IMG/VR virus record: IMGVR_UViG_3300010234_000004
Location: 38,603-102,602 of that record
DNA: 64,000 nt
Source: a virus
Strand: one strand, 5' to 3'
The translations under genes were made by a program, and so were the position numbers. Of the stretch, positions 42,817 through 51,635 are shown piece by piece (within the stretch, counting starts at the first letter, position 1; each line of letters begins with the position of its first letter). Under the pieces are notes generated by a model, which worked only from the letters and a program-made list of their open reading frames with translations, did no database searches and was not told the DNA's origin.

Positions 42817-42840
42817 TTGACGAACGCAAAAGTATAAATA
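42817..42840 (+). promoter_or_regulatory. Late promoter TATAAATA with upstream TTGACG box
   Basis: TTGACG-N10-TATAAATAGTAGTA upstream of the head operon. Confidence 0.75.
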
Positions 42841-42872
42841 GTAGTATAAGGTTTATTAAAAGGATTGAATGA

Positions 42873-43082
42873 ATGAGTGATATTGAAGACATGGTCAGCA
42901 AACTGGCAGACGGTGACAATGTAGGGGCTAAAGTTAGCTTCAATAATGCAATGTCAAGTAAGGTTACTGATGCTCTGGAGCAAGAGACTGCTGCAATTGC
43001 CGCTCGACTGTACGCGGGAGCCGAAGCCTCACAGGAGCCTGAAGATGTGGATGCCGTTGAGGATGATGATGAAGACGTTTAA
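42873..43082 (+). CDS. gp67: Prohead core protein gp67-like
   Basis: Small acidic protein, F..AMS.KV.DAL pattern, position before gp21. Confidence 0.7.
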   Translation: MSDIEDMVSKLADGDNVGAKVSFNNAMSSKVTDALEQETAAIAARLYAGAEASQEPEDVDAVEDDDEDV

Positions 43083-43278
43083 AGAAATCCGTGAGTCTAC
43101 GAAAAGTAGTAACGAAACGGTTTATGATGTGAAGATCGCACGTCATCGTATCACGGTGAAGCAGATCAAGAACAAATTCACTGTGTTTATCGATGGCGAT
43201 AAACTGGACGAATTCAATGACCAGAAATCGGCTGTGTCCGCTGGCAAAGAGTTCGTCAAGCAGTATAACAAAGGATAA
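43069..43278 (+). CDS. Prohead core/internal protein gp68-like
   Basis: MKTFKEIRE leader; between gp67 and gp21. Confidence 0.6.
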   Translation: MKTFKEIRESTKSSNETVYDVKIARHRITVKQIKNKFTVFIDGDKLDEFNDQKSAVSAGKEFVKQYNKG

Positions 43279-43282
43279 AGCT

Positions 43283-43936
43283 ATGAAGTTGATGTGCGAA
43301 TATCTAGAGGGCGGCATTAATATGCTGACTGAGGCTAATGAAAAGGGCGAAAAATCCTATTTCATTGAAGGTGTATTCGCGCAGGCTGATAAGCAAAACC
43401 GTAATGGACGACGTTATCCCCAACCAGTGATGGAAGGTGCGATTAAGAAGTACATTACGGAACAAGTTTCTAAGGGTCGAGCCGTAGGTGAGTTGAATCA
43501 CCCATCTGGTCCGACCATTAACTTAGACAAGGTTTCGCATAAGATCACGTCTCTCAGATTTGAGGGAAATGATGTTATCGGAAAGGCACAAATTTTGGAT
43601 ACTCCTATGGGTAAGATTGTGAAAAATCTTATGGATGGGGGAGTGCAATTGGGTGTGTCAACTAGAGGTATGGGTAGTCTAGAGCAGAAAAATGGTGTGA
43701 TGGAAGTGAAAAATGATTTTCATTTAGCGACCATCGACATTGTTCAAGACCCATCAGCACCTGACGCTTTTGTGAATGGAATCATGGAAGGTGTTGAATG
43801 GGAATGGAACAACGGAATCATCCAAGCTAGAGACGTTGAGGCCGCAAAACAGGAGATAGTTGAAAGTGTTCGGGAATTTATTCCAGAGCATCAGATCAAG
43901 GAATTTAAGGATTTCTTGAATGGTCTGAAACGCTAA
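43283..43936 (+). CDS. gp21: Prohead protease
   Basis: YFIEGVF..NRNGRRYP; GELNHP; LGVSTRGMGSL; DPSAPDA. Confidence 0.95.
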   Translation: MKLMCEYLEGGINMLTEANEKGEKSYFIEGVFAQADKQNRNGRRYPQPVMEGAIKKYITEQVSKGRAVGELNHPSGPTINLDKVSHKITSLRFEGNDVIGKAQILDTPMGKIVKNLMDGGVQLGVSTRGMGSLEQKNGVMEVKNDFHLATIDIVQDPSAPDAFVNGIMEGVEWEWNNGIIQARDVEAAKQEIVESVREFIPEHQIKEFKDFLNGLKR

Positions 43937-44011
43937 AACCTGTGGCTATAACTGAGACAGAAATGTTAGTATTTCCTCTCGTATAATCACTAGATTAAAG
44001 GAGTTACCAAT

Positions 44012-44911
44012 ATGGAAGATCATATTGAGACTGACGCCAACGAGAACGAAGTTCTGGAAATGGCAACTAAACACGACGAACAGAACGCTGAAAAGCATTC
44101 TGAAAACGCGACCGATGAGGCCGCTAAAAAAGTAAAGAAATCTGCTTCTAAGCGCAAAGGTGACAAAGGTTCGCAAGACCCTATGGCAGCAAGCGTGAAG
44201 GAAGACCTCGCAGCTTTGGTTGACGGGGAAGCCACACTTTCAGAAGACTTCAAAGAAAAGACTGCTGTCCTTTTCGAAGCTGCTGTTCAGGCCAAAATCT
44301 CTGAAGAGATTGAGCGTCTGGAAGAAAGCTACGAAGAGCGCCTTGCAGAGGAAGTCGAAGAAACTCACGCCAAAATGGTTGACAGTGTGGACAGCTTTCT
44401 TAACCACGTGGTCGAAAGTTGGATGGACGACAATAAAGTCGGCATCGAACAGGGTATCCGTACTGAAATCGCTGAGAACTTCATCGTAGGCCTTAAAGGT
44501 CTGTTCGATGAGTCTTACGTGGATGTTCCGGAATCTAAATTCGATCTCGTTGATGAACTTGCAGAGAAAGTTGAAGAGTTGGAAGCATCTCTCAACGAAG
44601 AAATGGAAGGCGCAATGCGTCTTGCGGAAGCCAACGAAGAATTGGTCCGTGAAATGGTTTTGCTCGAATGCAGTGAAGGTCTTGTTGATACGCAAGCCGA
44701 AAAACTGGCCATTCTGGCTGAAACTGTTGATTTCGAATCTGCTGAAACTTTCCGCGACAAGGTGGAAATCATCAAAGAGTCTCATTTCTCAGTAGCAACC
44801 CACGATGCTGTAAGCATTCAGGAAGGTGTTGACGAAGACTTGGACGAAGAAGTCATCGTTGAAGAAACCGACCCGCGTATGGCCTCTATTCTTAAAGCAC
44901 TCAGAGGCTAA
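44012..44911 (+). CDS. gp22: Prohead scaffold protein
   Basis: LSEDFKEKTAVLFEAAV; very acidic coiled coil; precedes MCP. Confidence 0.93.
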   Translation: MEDHIETDANENEVLEMATKHDEQNAEKHSENATDEAAKKVKKSASKRKGDKGSQDPMAASVKEDLAALVDGEATLSEDFKEKTAVLFEAAVQAKISEEIERLEESYEERLAEEVEETHAKMVDSVDSFLNHVVESWMDDNKVGIEQGIRTEIAENFIVGLKGLFDESYVDVPESKFDLVDELAEKVEELEASLNEEMEGAMRLAEANEELVREMVLLECSEGLVDTQAEKLAILAETVDFESAETFRDKVEIIKESHFSVATHDAVSIQEGVDEDLDEEVIVEETDPRMASILKALRG

Positions 44912-44942
44912 TCCCTCTCTCCAAAATAAGGAAAATGACGAC

Positions 44943-46313
44943 ATGACTAAAGCAACATACAGTGAATTGAAAGCCAAATGGTCTTCAGTTCTTAACGAAG
45001 AAGCCGCTGGTGAAATCCGCGACGACTATCGTAAAAGCGTAACCGCACGTCTTCTGGAAAACCAAGAAGAAGTTTCCATGCTTGAGCAGGAAGCTGTCAA
45101 CTACTTGGCAGAAGATGGCCAGAACAACACCACCGCTGTGACCGGCGCTGGTACTGCTAACTGGAACCCAGTTCTTATGGCTCTGGTTCGCCGTGCAATG
45201 CCTAACATGATGGCTTATGACCTTGCGTCTGTTCAGCCTATGACTGGTCCTACAGGCCTCGTGTTCTGCATGAAGTCGAAGTACAAAACCACTAAAGCTG
45301 GCGTTTCCGCTGGTGATGAAGCACTGTTTAACGAGCCAGCAATCGGTTATGCCGCTGACTCTTCTACTACTGCTAATGGTGGAACTTCAGGTCTTGCTGG
45401 TCTTACTGATGACTCCTCAACTGGTCTCCGCACCGTTGACTCGTCTATCGATGACTCCCGTACTGGCCCGACTCTTCCAGATCGCTATTCCACTGTTGAA
45501 ATGGAAGGCCTTGGCGCTACTGGTAACGAAGCATTTGCTGAAATGGGCTTCACCATCGACAAAGCAACTGTTACTGCTGAAGGCCTCGCGCTGAAAGCTG
45601 ATTACACCATCGAAATGGCACAGGACTTGAAAGCTATCCACGGTCTCGAAGCAGAGCGTGAACTGGCCAACATCCTGACTTCAGAAATCTTGGGTGAGAT
45701 TAACCGTACCGTTGTACGTACAATCAACTCTCAGGCTAAAACTGGTTGCCTTCAGGCCAACACTGCAATCAACGGTATCTTCGACTTGTCGACCGATGCT
45801 GATGGTCGTTGGTCGGTTGAAAAGATCAAAGGCTTGATCCTTCAGATCGAACGTGAGTGTAACGTTATCGCCAAAGAAACCCGTCGTGGTAAAGGCAACA
45901 TCGCTGTTGTATCCTCCGACGTTGCTTCTGCTTTGGCTGCTTCTGGCATGTTGGACTACGCTCCTGCAATGTCAACTCAGTTGAACGTTGATGACACTGG
46001 TAACACCTTCGCTGGCGTGCTGAACAAGAAGATCAAAATTTATGTTGATCCTTATGCAGACGTTGACTACATCACTGTAGGCTATAAAGGCACATCCGCA
46101 TACGACGCTGGTGTATTCTACTGCCCATACGTTCCATTGACCATGGTTCGTGCTGTTGGTGAGAACGACTTCCAGCCACGTATCGGCTTCAAAACCCGTT
46201 ACGGTATGGTATCCAACCCATTCGTTGGCGCTACGCCAGCTAACGGTCTGGCTGCTGCTAAGACTAACCAGTACTACAGAATCTTCCGCGTTGATAACCT
46301 GCTGGCTTCCTAA
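44943..46313 (+). CDS. gp23: Major capsid protein
   Basis: LLENQE; LVRRAMP; VQPMTGPTGL; AQDLKAIHG; FYCPYVPL; FQPRIGFKTRYG. Confidence 0.98.
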   Translation: MTKATYSELKAKWSSVLNEEAAGEIRDDYRKSVTARLLENQEEVSMLEQEAVNYLAEDGQNNTTAVTGAGTANWNPVLMALVRRAMPNMMAYDLASVQPMTGPTGLVFCMKSKYKTTKAGVSAGDEALFNEPAIGYAADSSTTANGGTSGLAGLTDDSSTGLRTVDSSIDDSRTGPTLPDRYSTVEMEGLGATGNEAFAEMGFTIDKATVTAEGLALKADYTIEMAQDLKAIHGLEAERELANILTSEILGEINRTVVRTINSQAKTGCLQANTAINGIFDLSTDADGRWSVEKIKGLILQIERECNVIAKETRRGKGNIAVVSSDVASALAASGMLDYAPAMSTQLNVDDTGNTFAGVLNKKIKIYVDPYADVDYITVGYKGTSAYDAGVFYCPYVPLTMVRAVGENDFQPRIGFKTRYGMVSNPFVGATPANGLAAAKTNQYYRIFRVDNLLAS

Positions 46314-46340
46314 GCTAACAGACCAACGCCGAAACGGATT

Positions 46341-46363
46341 GGGGGGCTTCGGCCCCCCTCTTT
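46341..46363 (+). terminator. Intrinsic terminator with UUCG loop
   Basis: GGGGGGC-TTCG-GCCCCCC-TCTTT after gp23. Confidence 0.8.
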
Positions 46364-46386
46364 ACAACACCAAAAAGGAGAAATCT

Positions 46387-46485
46387 ATGTGGACTTGGAT
46401 TAAAGAAAATTGGGCAACCGCAACGTTCTGGGAAAGAATGTTTGTGTGGGGCGCACTGATTGCACTTTTTGTAATCGTGTTTTAA
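46387..46485 (+). CDS. 32-aa membrane peptide
   Basis: AAGGAG RBS; MWTWIKENW..FVWGALIALFVIVF. Confidence 0.55.
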   Translation: MWTWIKENWATATFWERMFVWGALIALFVIVF

Positions 46486-46494
46486 TCAAAGATC

Positions 46495-46517
46495 GGGGGC
46501 TTCGGCCCCCTTTTTTT
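46495..46517 (+). terminator. Intrinsic terminator with UUCG loop
   Basis: GGGGGC-TTCG-GCCCCC-TTTTTTT. Confidence 0.88.
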
Positions 46518-46519
46518 GT

Positions 46520-47542
46520 CTAGAAATAACTGTTGAACCGACCATCTCGCTTGAGGTCTAGAGTTGAACAGTGTAACCCTCCATCCCAAAACGATGAATG
46601 CCGTCGGGGTACGACGACCGGTTCAATATCATTACTTTTCAAGATTTTGAATATCGCTTCATCGTATGCTGGAACCACCATTGTACGTTCATCTATCATA
46701 AACGTGTTCACGTTGAAAGATGATTCAGCCGTGTATCCGACAAAGCTACCTAACCACTGTTCGACATATTCGGTAAATTCGTCGTTATCCTCTTCACCCG
46801 GCACCCACCATTTTCCCTCATTCTTCTTTTTAAGCCGACTGAAGGCCTTTATACTTTCTATGGTGTTTGGTGCCACTGGATAGCGTTTCCAGCGTGGAAA
46901 CAGCTTGTCGTAGTCAATAGAGGGTATTTGAGGCCTATCACACGTGAGTACGACCCCTTCCTTGAGAATAGCAAAGCACCCATCATTATGCTTGCCCACT
47001 TCATATGTGACGATATCATATTCACCCCAAGCCAGCTTAATGAAATTTTCCATATCCTCGCTGATATGCTTCACGTCTAGGAGTATTCGATTCCCGACCA
47101 CTGCAACGAACGGAGCGTCGAATTGGTCATCGCTATAATCCATTAATGTGAAGTCGATTTCGGAATAGTCGTTTAGCCGTTCATGTATCGACGGATGATC
47201 GAATAACGTGGTCACCACCATATCATTTCCGATCACAACCTGACCATCACGTGGCATGTTTGGTGGTCTGTAACGCATAGCTACACGACCGTCAGAGTCG
47301 GTGCTATCCATGATCGTTTCAACTGGACACAACTCAGGCCTGATAACCTCAACGGAAGCCGATTCCAGTACCCGTTTAAGAGCCTGAAAGTCTTCCTCTG
47401 TTTCAGCGGATATTTTTTGTAGAGCGTCACGTATTCTGGAGTTCTTGATCGGTTCATAATATTCGGGGCGATGTGACCTTCCGATCATCATCACCCTCAA
47501 TTTCGACCAAGGATCGAATACGTTATAACTGTTAGCGATAAT
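46520..47542 (-). CDS. Amidinotransferase (glycine/inosamine-phosphate amidinotransferase-like pentein); start uncertain
   Basis: NMPRD; HNDG; FNVN; WDGGLHCSTLDLKR with catalytic Asp/His/Cys. Confidence 0.8.
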   Translation of the reverse strand: MIANSYNVFDPWSKLRVMMIGRSHRPEYYEPIKNSRIRDALQKISAETEEDFQALKRVLESASVEVIRPELCPVETIMDSTDSDGRVAMRYRPPNMPRDGQVVIGNDMVVTTLFDHPSIHERLNDYSEIDFTLMDYSDDQFDAPFVAVVGNRILLDVKHISEDMENFIKLAWGEYDIVTYEVGKHNDGCFAILKEGVVLTCDRPQIPSIDYDKLFPRWKRYPVAPNTIESIKAFSRLKKKNEGKWWVPGEEDNDEFTEYVEQWLGSFVGYTAESSFNVNTFMIDERTMVVPAYDEAIFKILKSNDIEPVVVPRRHSSFWDGGLHCSTLDLKRDGRFNSYF

Positions 47543-47876
47543 GACGGTTCCTTTGCATTCTACGCATTTCGCGAAGATAAACAGTCCGACAGAAACGAAC
47601 ACGACCTGAGTATGTGCGATATGTGTTGTTGCGACGTTCGTATGAGTAATAACGATTCCTACACCAACGGATATGCTTGCGCTCCAAGCGACGGTACTCC
47701 CGCCGATAATTCCGGCTGTTATATCGATAATCTCTTCGGCCAAATTCCAAATTCAATTCAGGTGTGAGTCTTAGCGTGAAATCCGCTGCATCTGCGGGGG
47801 TTGGCTTCAGAGTGAAAATGAAACCGACAACGATTGCAAATCCAATGAGCGCCAACGTGAGTTTAAGTCTTGACAT
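47532..47876 (-). CDS. BA14K-family secreted lectin-like protein
   Basis: Signal peptide plus HIRWCRNRYYSY..NTYRTYSGRVRFC. Confidence 0.75.
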   Translation of the reverse strand: MSRLKLTLALIGFAIVVGFIFTLKPTPADAADFTLRLTPELNLEFGRRDYRYNSRNYRREYRRLERKHIRWCRNRYYSYERRNNTYRTYSGRVRFCRTVYLREMRRMQRNRHYR

Positions 47877-47878
47877 GG

Positions 47879-48130
47879 TTATACCTCTCTTGATTCTTTG
47901 AACGACATTTCGTCCTTTAGTGTTAAGTCTGCGTCAGTTTCGATCCACGCACGCGCACCACAATTCAACTGATCGCCGTTATAGACCAACTTGGATGGTC
48001 CGTTTATTACTACTTCTCGCGCATATCGAGTTTTCTTTGAACCAAATTTGATGGTGTATACCGGACGATCCATCCCATCCTTTGCGTTCATAGAAATATT
48101 CTGCCTATTCACATGGATGATCTTCTTCAT
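47879..48130 (-). CDS. Conserved phage hypothetical protein
   Basis: IIHVNRQ..EVVINGPS..CGARAWIET. Confidence 0.7.
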   Translation of the reverse strand: MKKIIHVNRQNISMNAKDGMDRPVYTIKFGSKKTRYAREVVINGPSKLVYNGDQLNCGARAWIETDADLTLKDEMSFKESREV

Positions 48131-48667
48131 CTACTTAGCCTCCAGACGATAGTCAGGATACTTTTTCATCAGTTTCTGAATGTGCCTATTATCGACTGTA
48201 TATTGATCGCCAACCGATATGACCTTATTGTTATGACCATCCAGAAAACGCTTACTATACTCAAGCCCGCGTTCTGGAGTCCACCACGCTTCTGTGACGC
48301 CAGCGGAGAAATTTCTATGCAGGCCAAAGGTAGGTTTAACCATTCGTATGAGGTGAATCTGCATCCCGTCATATTCATATTCAGTTATGTTTTTAATATC
48401 CTGCATATGCTCGTACTGAGACGATTTTTTAATTGACTTGGTGTCGACCTTTTGTAGAAGGCCACGATGATCATTTCGTCTAATCTGTTTATCAGTTACA
48501 GGATTGGTCCACGTGTGCGGTACATAGTAGTAAAAATCCAGATCATTAGCTGGCCGTTCCAGAAACCAATCGGCTGGAGCGCCTCCAGCAAGAATGCAAT
48601 GTGGATCAATACCCCTAAAAATATCATAAACACGCTCAGCGATATCCATTTGTTGGGTGATGTTCAT
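48131..48667 (-). CDS. Pol-beta-like nucleotidyltransferase (CCA/poly(A) polymerase head-like)
   Basis: ILAGGAPADWFLERPANDLDFY; ATGA-coupled start. Confidence 0.65.
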   Translation of the reverse strand: MNITQQMDIAERVYDIFRGIDPHCILAGGAPADWFLERPANDLDFYYYVPHTWTNPVTDKQIRRNDHRGLLQKVDTKSIKKSSQYEHMQDIKNITEYEYDGMQIHLIRMVKPTFGLHRNFSAGVTEAWWTPERGLEYSKRFLDGHNNKVISVGDQYTVDNRHIQKLMKKYPDYRLEAK

Positions 48668-49353
48668 GTTGTCGTACTCCTCAGATTCCGTTGGATGGTG
48701 GTATAGAATGTTTTGGTGACCCCCAGTTTTGGGATTAGTTGCCGACACATAATAGCATCGTTAGGCCACATTCCATACTTTTTTACTGCTTTGATCAGAG
48801 AACGGGCACCCTCCGGCTTGATGATGTAAGCAGAATTGCCTGCCAAACCCATTGGGATATTGATATTATCATCGACCAATGGAACAAGGTTGAACTCATT
48901 CGGACAGGCTTTCACCATATCATAATACTTTTTAGATAGGCGAGTGGCACCCCTTGGATCATTCACCCCGATAATGTTCAGAGCGGTTTCTTCAATATCC
49001 AAGGCGTCAATGTCTTTGATGAAAACAGCATCATGCTCCAGAATCATAATCGGACGGTCAAGTTTGACGCAATGCTTCCAGAGAATGTAATGGCTCATCG
49101 AACACGCCATTCTAGCATTCCTATCGCGTGTAGGATATGGAATCTTCAACATGCCAGACACCAAATCGATCTCACTACGTTCCCAAGGCCAGTTCCATTC
49201 GACACCAGCCTGCTTCATCTCCCAAGCGACTGATGATGGTGTAACCGCATCAAATCGAAATACTGACCCGTTAGCCGACTTGTTCAACACCTCGAATGCG
49301 CGTTCAGACACGTCATGGAATGGTATAACAATGGCATATTTCTTGATGTTCAT
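48664..49353 (-). CDS. GT25-family glycosyltransferase
   Basis: FDAVTP; ACSMSHYILW; ILEHDA; AYIIKPEGA. Confidence 0.8.
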   Translation of the reverse strand: MNIKKYAIVIPFHDVSERAFEVLNKSANGSVFRFDAVTPSSVAWEMKQAGVEWNWPWERSEIDLVSGMLKIPYPTRDRNARMACSMSHYILWKHCVKLDRPIMILEHDAVFIKDIDALDIEETALNIIGVNDPRGATRLSKKYYDMVKACPNEFNLVPLVDDNINIPMGLAGNSAYIIKPEGARSLIKAVKKYGMWPNDAIMCRQLIPKLGVTKTFYTTIQRNLRSTTT

Positions 49354-49559
49354 TTAATCTTCTCCGCTATCCAATCGGTAAGTTCCTGACTGGATTCCTT
49401 ATTCAAAAATATATACATGCTGTCTTTTCGGCCCGTCGTATCGAGAAGCTCAATCTGCACTTCATCTTCATCATAAGTCACATCAATAGCAGTGAACCCT
49501 TGATATATAACTATTTTTTCCGAATCGTTAACTGTCGTATGACATTTTTTATAAGACAT
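49350..49559 (-). CDS. Hypothetical protein
   Basis: 69-aa ORF with AAAGG RBS downstream of a sigma70 promoter. Confidence 0.55.
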   Translation of the reverse strand: MSYKKCHTTVNDSEKIVIYQGFTAIDVTYDEDEVQIELLDTTGRKDSMYIFLNKESSQELTDWIAEKIK

Positions 49560-49583
49560 GTTTTACCTTTCATAAGTACAGTT

Positions 49584-49612
49584 ATTATATCACATACGTG
49601 GAGGAGTTTCAA
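49584..49612 (-). promoter_or_regulatory. Sigma70-type promoter with extended -10
   Basis: TTGAAA-17-TATAAT with TGTG. Confidence 0.6.
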
Positions 49613-49615
49613 GTC

Positions 49616-50329
49616 GTGATTTCAGTTTTTTGTGTTAATTGGGGCACCAAATACCCCCCGTATTATGTTCACAAATTGCAACAGGCAGTGGAGAGACACC
49701 TATCCTACCCACACATATTCTACGTGATCACCGATAATCCCGAAGCATATGACAACTCCATTCCAGTAACTGATGACCTGCCTATCTGGTGGAATAAGTT
49801 ACTACTCTTCAGACAGACCGGCGATTGCATCTATTTTGACTTGGACGTAATCATTCATAACTCAATCGATTGGTTGATTGAAGATATGACCGACAAGATG
49901 CGACTGATTGATACATCTTGGAAGAACAAGGAACAGGTCATTTCGACGCCAGAGATGCCGTCTAAGGGCATTACCACAATCAACAGCAGTGTCATGTCAT
50001 GGACAGACGAAACGGCTCTCTTAGACGCCTTCCTGTCCGATCCTGAAGCCATAATGTTCAAATACGAGGGCGATGATAACTTCTACATGCACAACGCCGA
50101 CTACCAAACACATCGACACGGCGAAATTTACTCATACAAACGCGGTGCCAGTCAAGACGATTGGGAACATTGGAAGTACCGGAAAGACTATTCGATAGCC
50201 ACTTTTTCCGGCCTTCCAGATATTCACGACTGTTTAACTCATCAAATCGTTAAAGACAATTGGGGTGAACCCCCACCCACACACCATGGAAGCGTTACCA
50301 AACCCGTCAACGATGACATTACCGACTGA
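49616..50329 (+). CDS. GT-A fold glycosyltransferase
   Basis: FCVNWGTKY; WWNKLLLF; YFDLDVII; INSSVMSW; GGAGGAG RBS; late-like CATAAGTA at 49571. Confidence 0.8.
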   Translation: MISVFCVNWGTKYPPYYVHKLQQAVERHLSYPHIFYVITDNPEAYDNSIPVTDDLPIWWNKLLLFRQTGDCIYFDLDVIIHNSIDWLIEDMTDKMRLIDTSWKNKEQVISTPEMPSKGITTINSSVMSWTDETALLDAFLSDPEAIMFKYEGDDNFYMHNADYQTHRHGEIYSYKRGASQDDWEHWKYRKDYSIATFSGLPDIHDCLTHQIVKDNWGEPPPTHHGSVTKPVNDDITD

Positions 50330-50596
50330 CAAAGATGTCATATCAACACCTTCGATGCGAGTGATGCGCTCTTCGGGTCCGATATTTCCGAATTCGAAAA
50401 CTTCATCGAGATCAGAGGCTTCGATCTCACATACCTTAACGAAATACTCTTGAGCGAAATCGTAATTCGCTTGAGCGTTCTCGCAGGTAGTAAGCATCAG
50501 CTTACCCATAGCGGATGATGCATGGGGGTTCTCCCCAGAGTTGATGTCACTGTAGATCGTTTCGGTAAGGTGGAATTGATAAACTGAATATTTCAT
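50234..50596 (-). CDS. Hypothetical early protein (YodL-like)
   Basis: YSVYQ..DLDEVFE..SLSVGNVIV; follows early cassette. Confidence 0.55.
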   Translation of the reverse strand: MKYSVYQFHLTETIYSDINSGENPHASSAMGKLMLTTCENAQANYDFAQEYFVKVCEIEASDLDEVFEFGNIGPEERITRIEGVDMTSLSVGNVIVDGFGNASMVCGWGFTPIVFNDLMS

Positions 50597-50676
50597 TTCA
50601 AATCTCTCTCTGTTGGTTTCTGACACCTTGATAGCATAAGAAATAGGGGTCGTCAATCCCCCCTCTGAATTATTTT
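50597..50676 (-). promoter_or_regulatory. Early promoter stem-loop cassette, copy 3
   Basis: TTGACG-17-TATCAA-GGTGTCAGAAACCAACAGAGAGAG. Confidence 0.75.
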
Positions 50677-50682
50677 TGGCAC

Positions 50683-50859
50683 TTAACTTCTGACCTGAAT
50701 CCTGACCTGATTACTGACCTGAACCCAGACCTGACCCCAGACCTGACCACAGACCTGATCCTCGACCTGATTATAGACATGTCTCCTGACCTGATCCTCG
50801 ACCTGACCCCTGACCTGACCCCAGACCTGATCCTCGACATGATTCCTAACTGATTTCAT
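50683..50859 (-). CDS. xxQV-repeat mini-protein H (58 aa)
   Basis: MKSVRNHVEDQVWGQV..QVRS*. Confidence 0.6.
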   Translation of the reverse strand: MKSVRNHVEDQVWGQVRGQVEDQVRRHVYNQVEDQVCGQVWGQVWVQVSNQVRIQVRS

Positions 50860-51055
50860 TATGCACCTGACTCCTGACCTGATTCCAGACCTGACTCCTG
50901 ACCTGATCACTGACCTGAACCCAGACCTGACCCCAGACCTGACCACAGACCTGATCCTCGACCTGATTATAGACATGTCTCCTGACCTGATCCTCGACCT
51001 GACCCCTGACCTGACCCCAGACCTGATCCTCGACATGATTCCTAACTGATTTCAT
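50846..51055 (-). CDS. xxQV-repeat mini-protein G (69 aa)
   Basis: MKSVRNHVEDQV..QVHNEIS*. Confidence 0.6.
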   Translation of the reverse strand: MKSVRNHVEDQVWGQVRGQVEDQVRRHVYNQVEDQVCGQVWGQVWVQVSDQVRSQVWNQVRSQVHNEIS

Positions 51056-51206
51056 TATGCACCTGACTCCTGACCTGATTACTGACCTGAACCCAGACCT
51101 GATCCCAGACCTGACCACAGACCTGATCCTCGACCTGATTATAGACCTGACCCCAGACCTGATTATTAACCCGATCCCAGACCTGTTTCTTAACGGATTT
51201 CATCAT
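51042..51206 (-). CDS. xxQV-repeat mini-protein F (54 aa)
   Basis: Hand-translated: MMKSVKKQVWDRVNNQVWGQV..QVHNEIS*. Confidence 0.6.
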   Translation of the reverse strand: MMKSVKKQVWDRVNNQVWGQVYNQVEDQVCGQVWDQVWVQVSNQVRSQVHNEIS

Positions 51207-51234
51207 GCACCCAATTCCTAACTGATTTCATCAT
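51190..51234 (-). CDS. Collapsed xxQV unit E (14 aa, head and tail only)
   Basis: MMKSVRNWVHDEIR*. Confidence 0.45.
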   Translation of the reverse strand: MMKSVRNWVHDEIR

Positions 51235-51415
51235 ACACCTGATCCCAGACCTGATTCCAGACCTGACTCCTGACCTGATCACTGACCTGAACCCCGACCT
51301 GACCCCCGACCTGAATACTGACCTGACCCCAGACGTGATCCTCGACGTGATCCTCGACCTGATACCAGACCTGACCCTCGACCTGATCCCAGACCTGTTT
51401 ATTAACACTATTCAC
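51218..51415 (-). CDS. xxQV-repeat mini-protein D (65 aa)
   Basis: GTG start after GAGGAG; MNSVNKQVWDQV..QVYDEIS*. Confidence 0.6.
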   Translation of the reverse strand: MNSVNKQVWDQVEGQVWYQVEDHVEDHVWGQVSIQVGGQVGVQVSDQVRSQVWNQVWDQVYDEIS

Positions 51416-51635
51416 TGATTTTCTCCTCGACCTGATTCCCGACCTGTTTATTGACCTGAAGCCAGACCTGATCCTCGACCTGATCCCAGACCTGATCCCC
51501 GACCTGAACCCAGACCTGAACCCAGACCTGATCCTCGACATGATTCCCGACCTGTTTATTGACCTGATCCTCGACCTGATCCTCGACCTGATTCCCGACC
51601 TGATCCCTGACCTGAATCCTAACTGACTTCATCAT
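51408..51635 (-). CDS. xxQV-repeat mini-protein C (75 aa)
   Basis: MMKSVRIQV..NQVEEKISE*. Confidence 0.6.
   Translation of the reverse strand: MMKSVRIQVRDQVGNQVEDQVEDQVNKQVGNHVEDQVWVQVWVQVGDQVWDQVEDQVWLQVNKQVGNQVEEKISE

Noticed and set aside
47543-47743. Long hydrophobic N-terminal extension of the amidinotransferase in the ORF track
   Set aside because: It overlaps the BA14K gene in another frame, and family-like sequence starts only near 47540.
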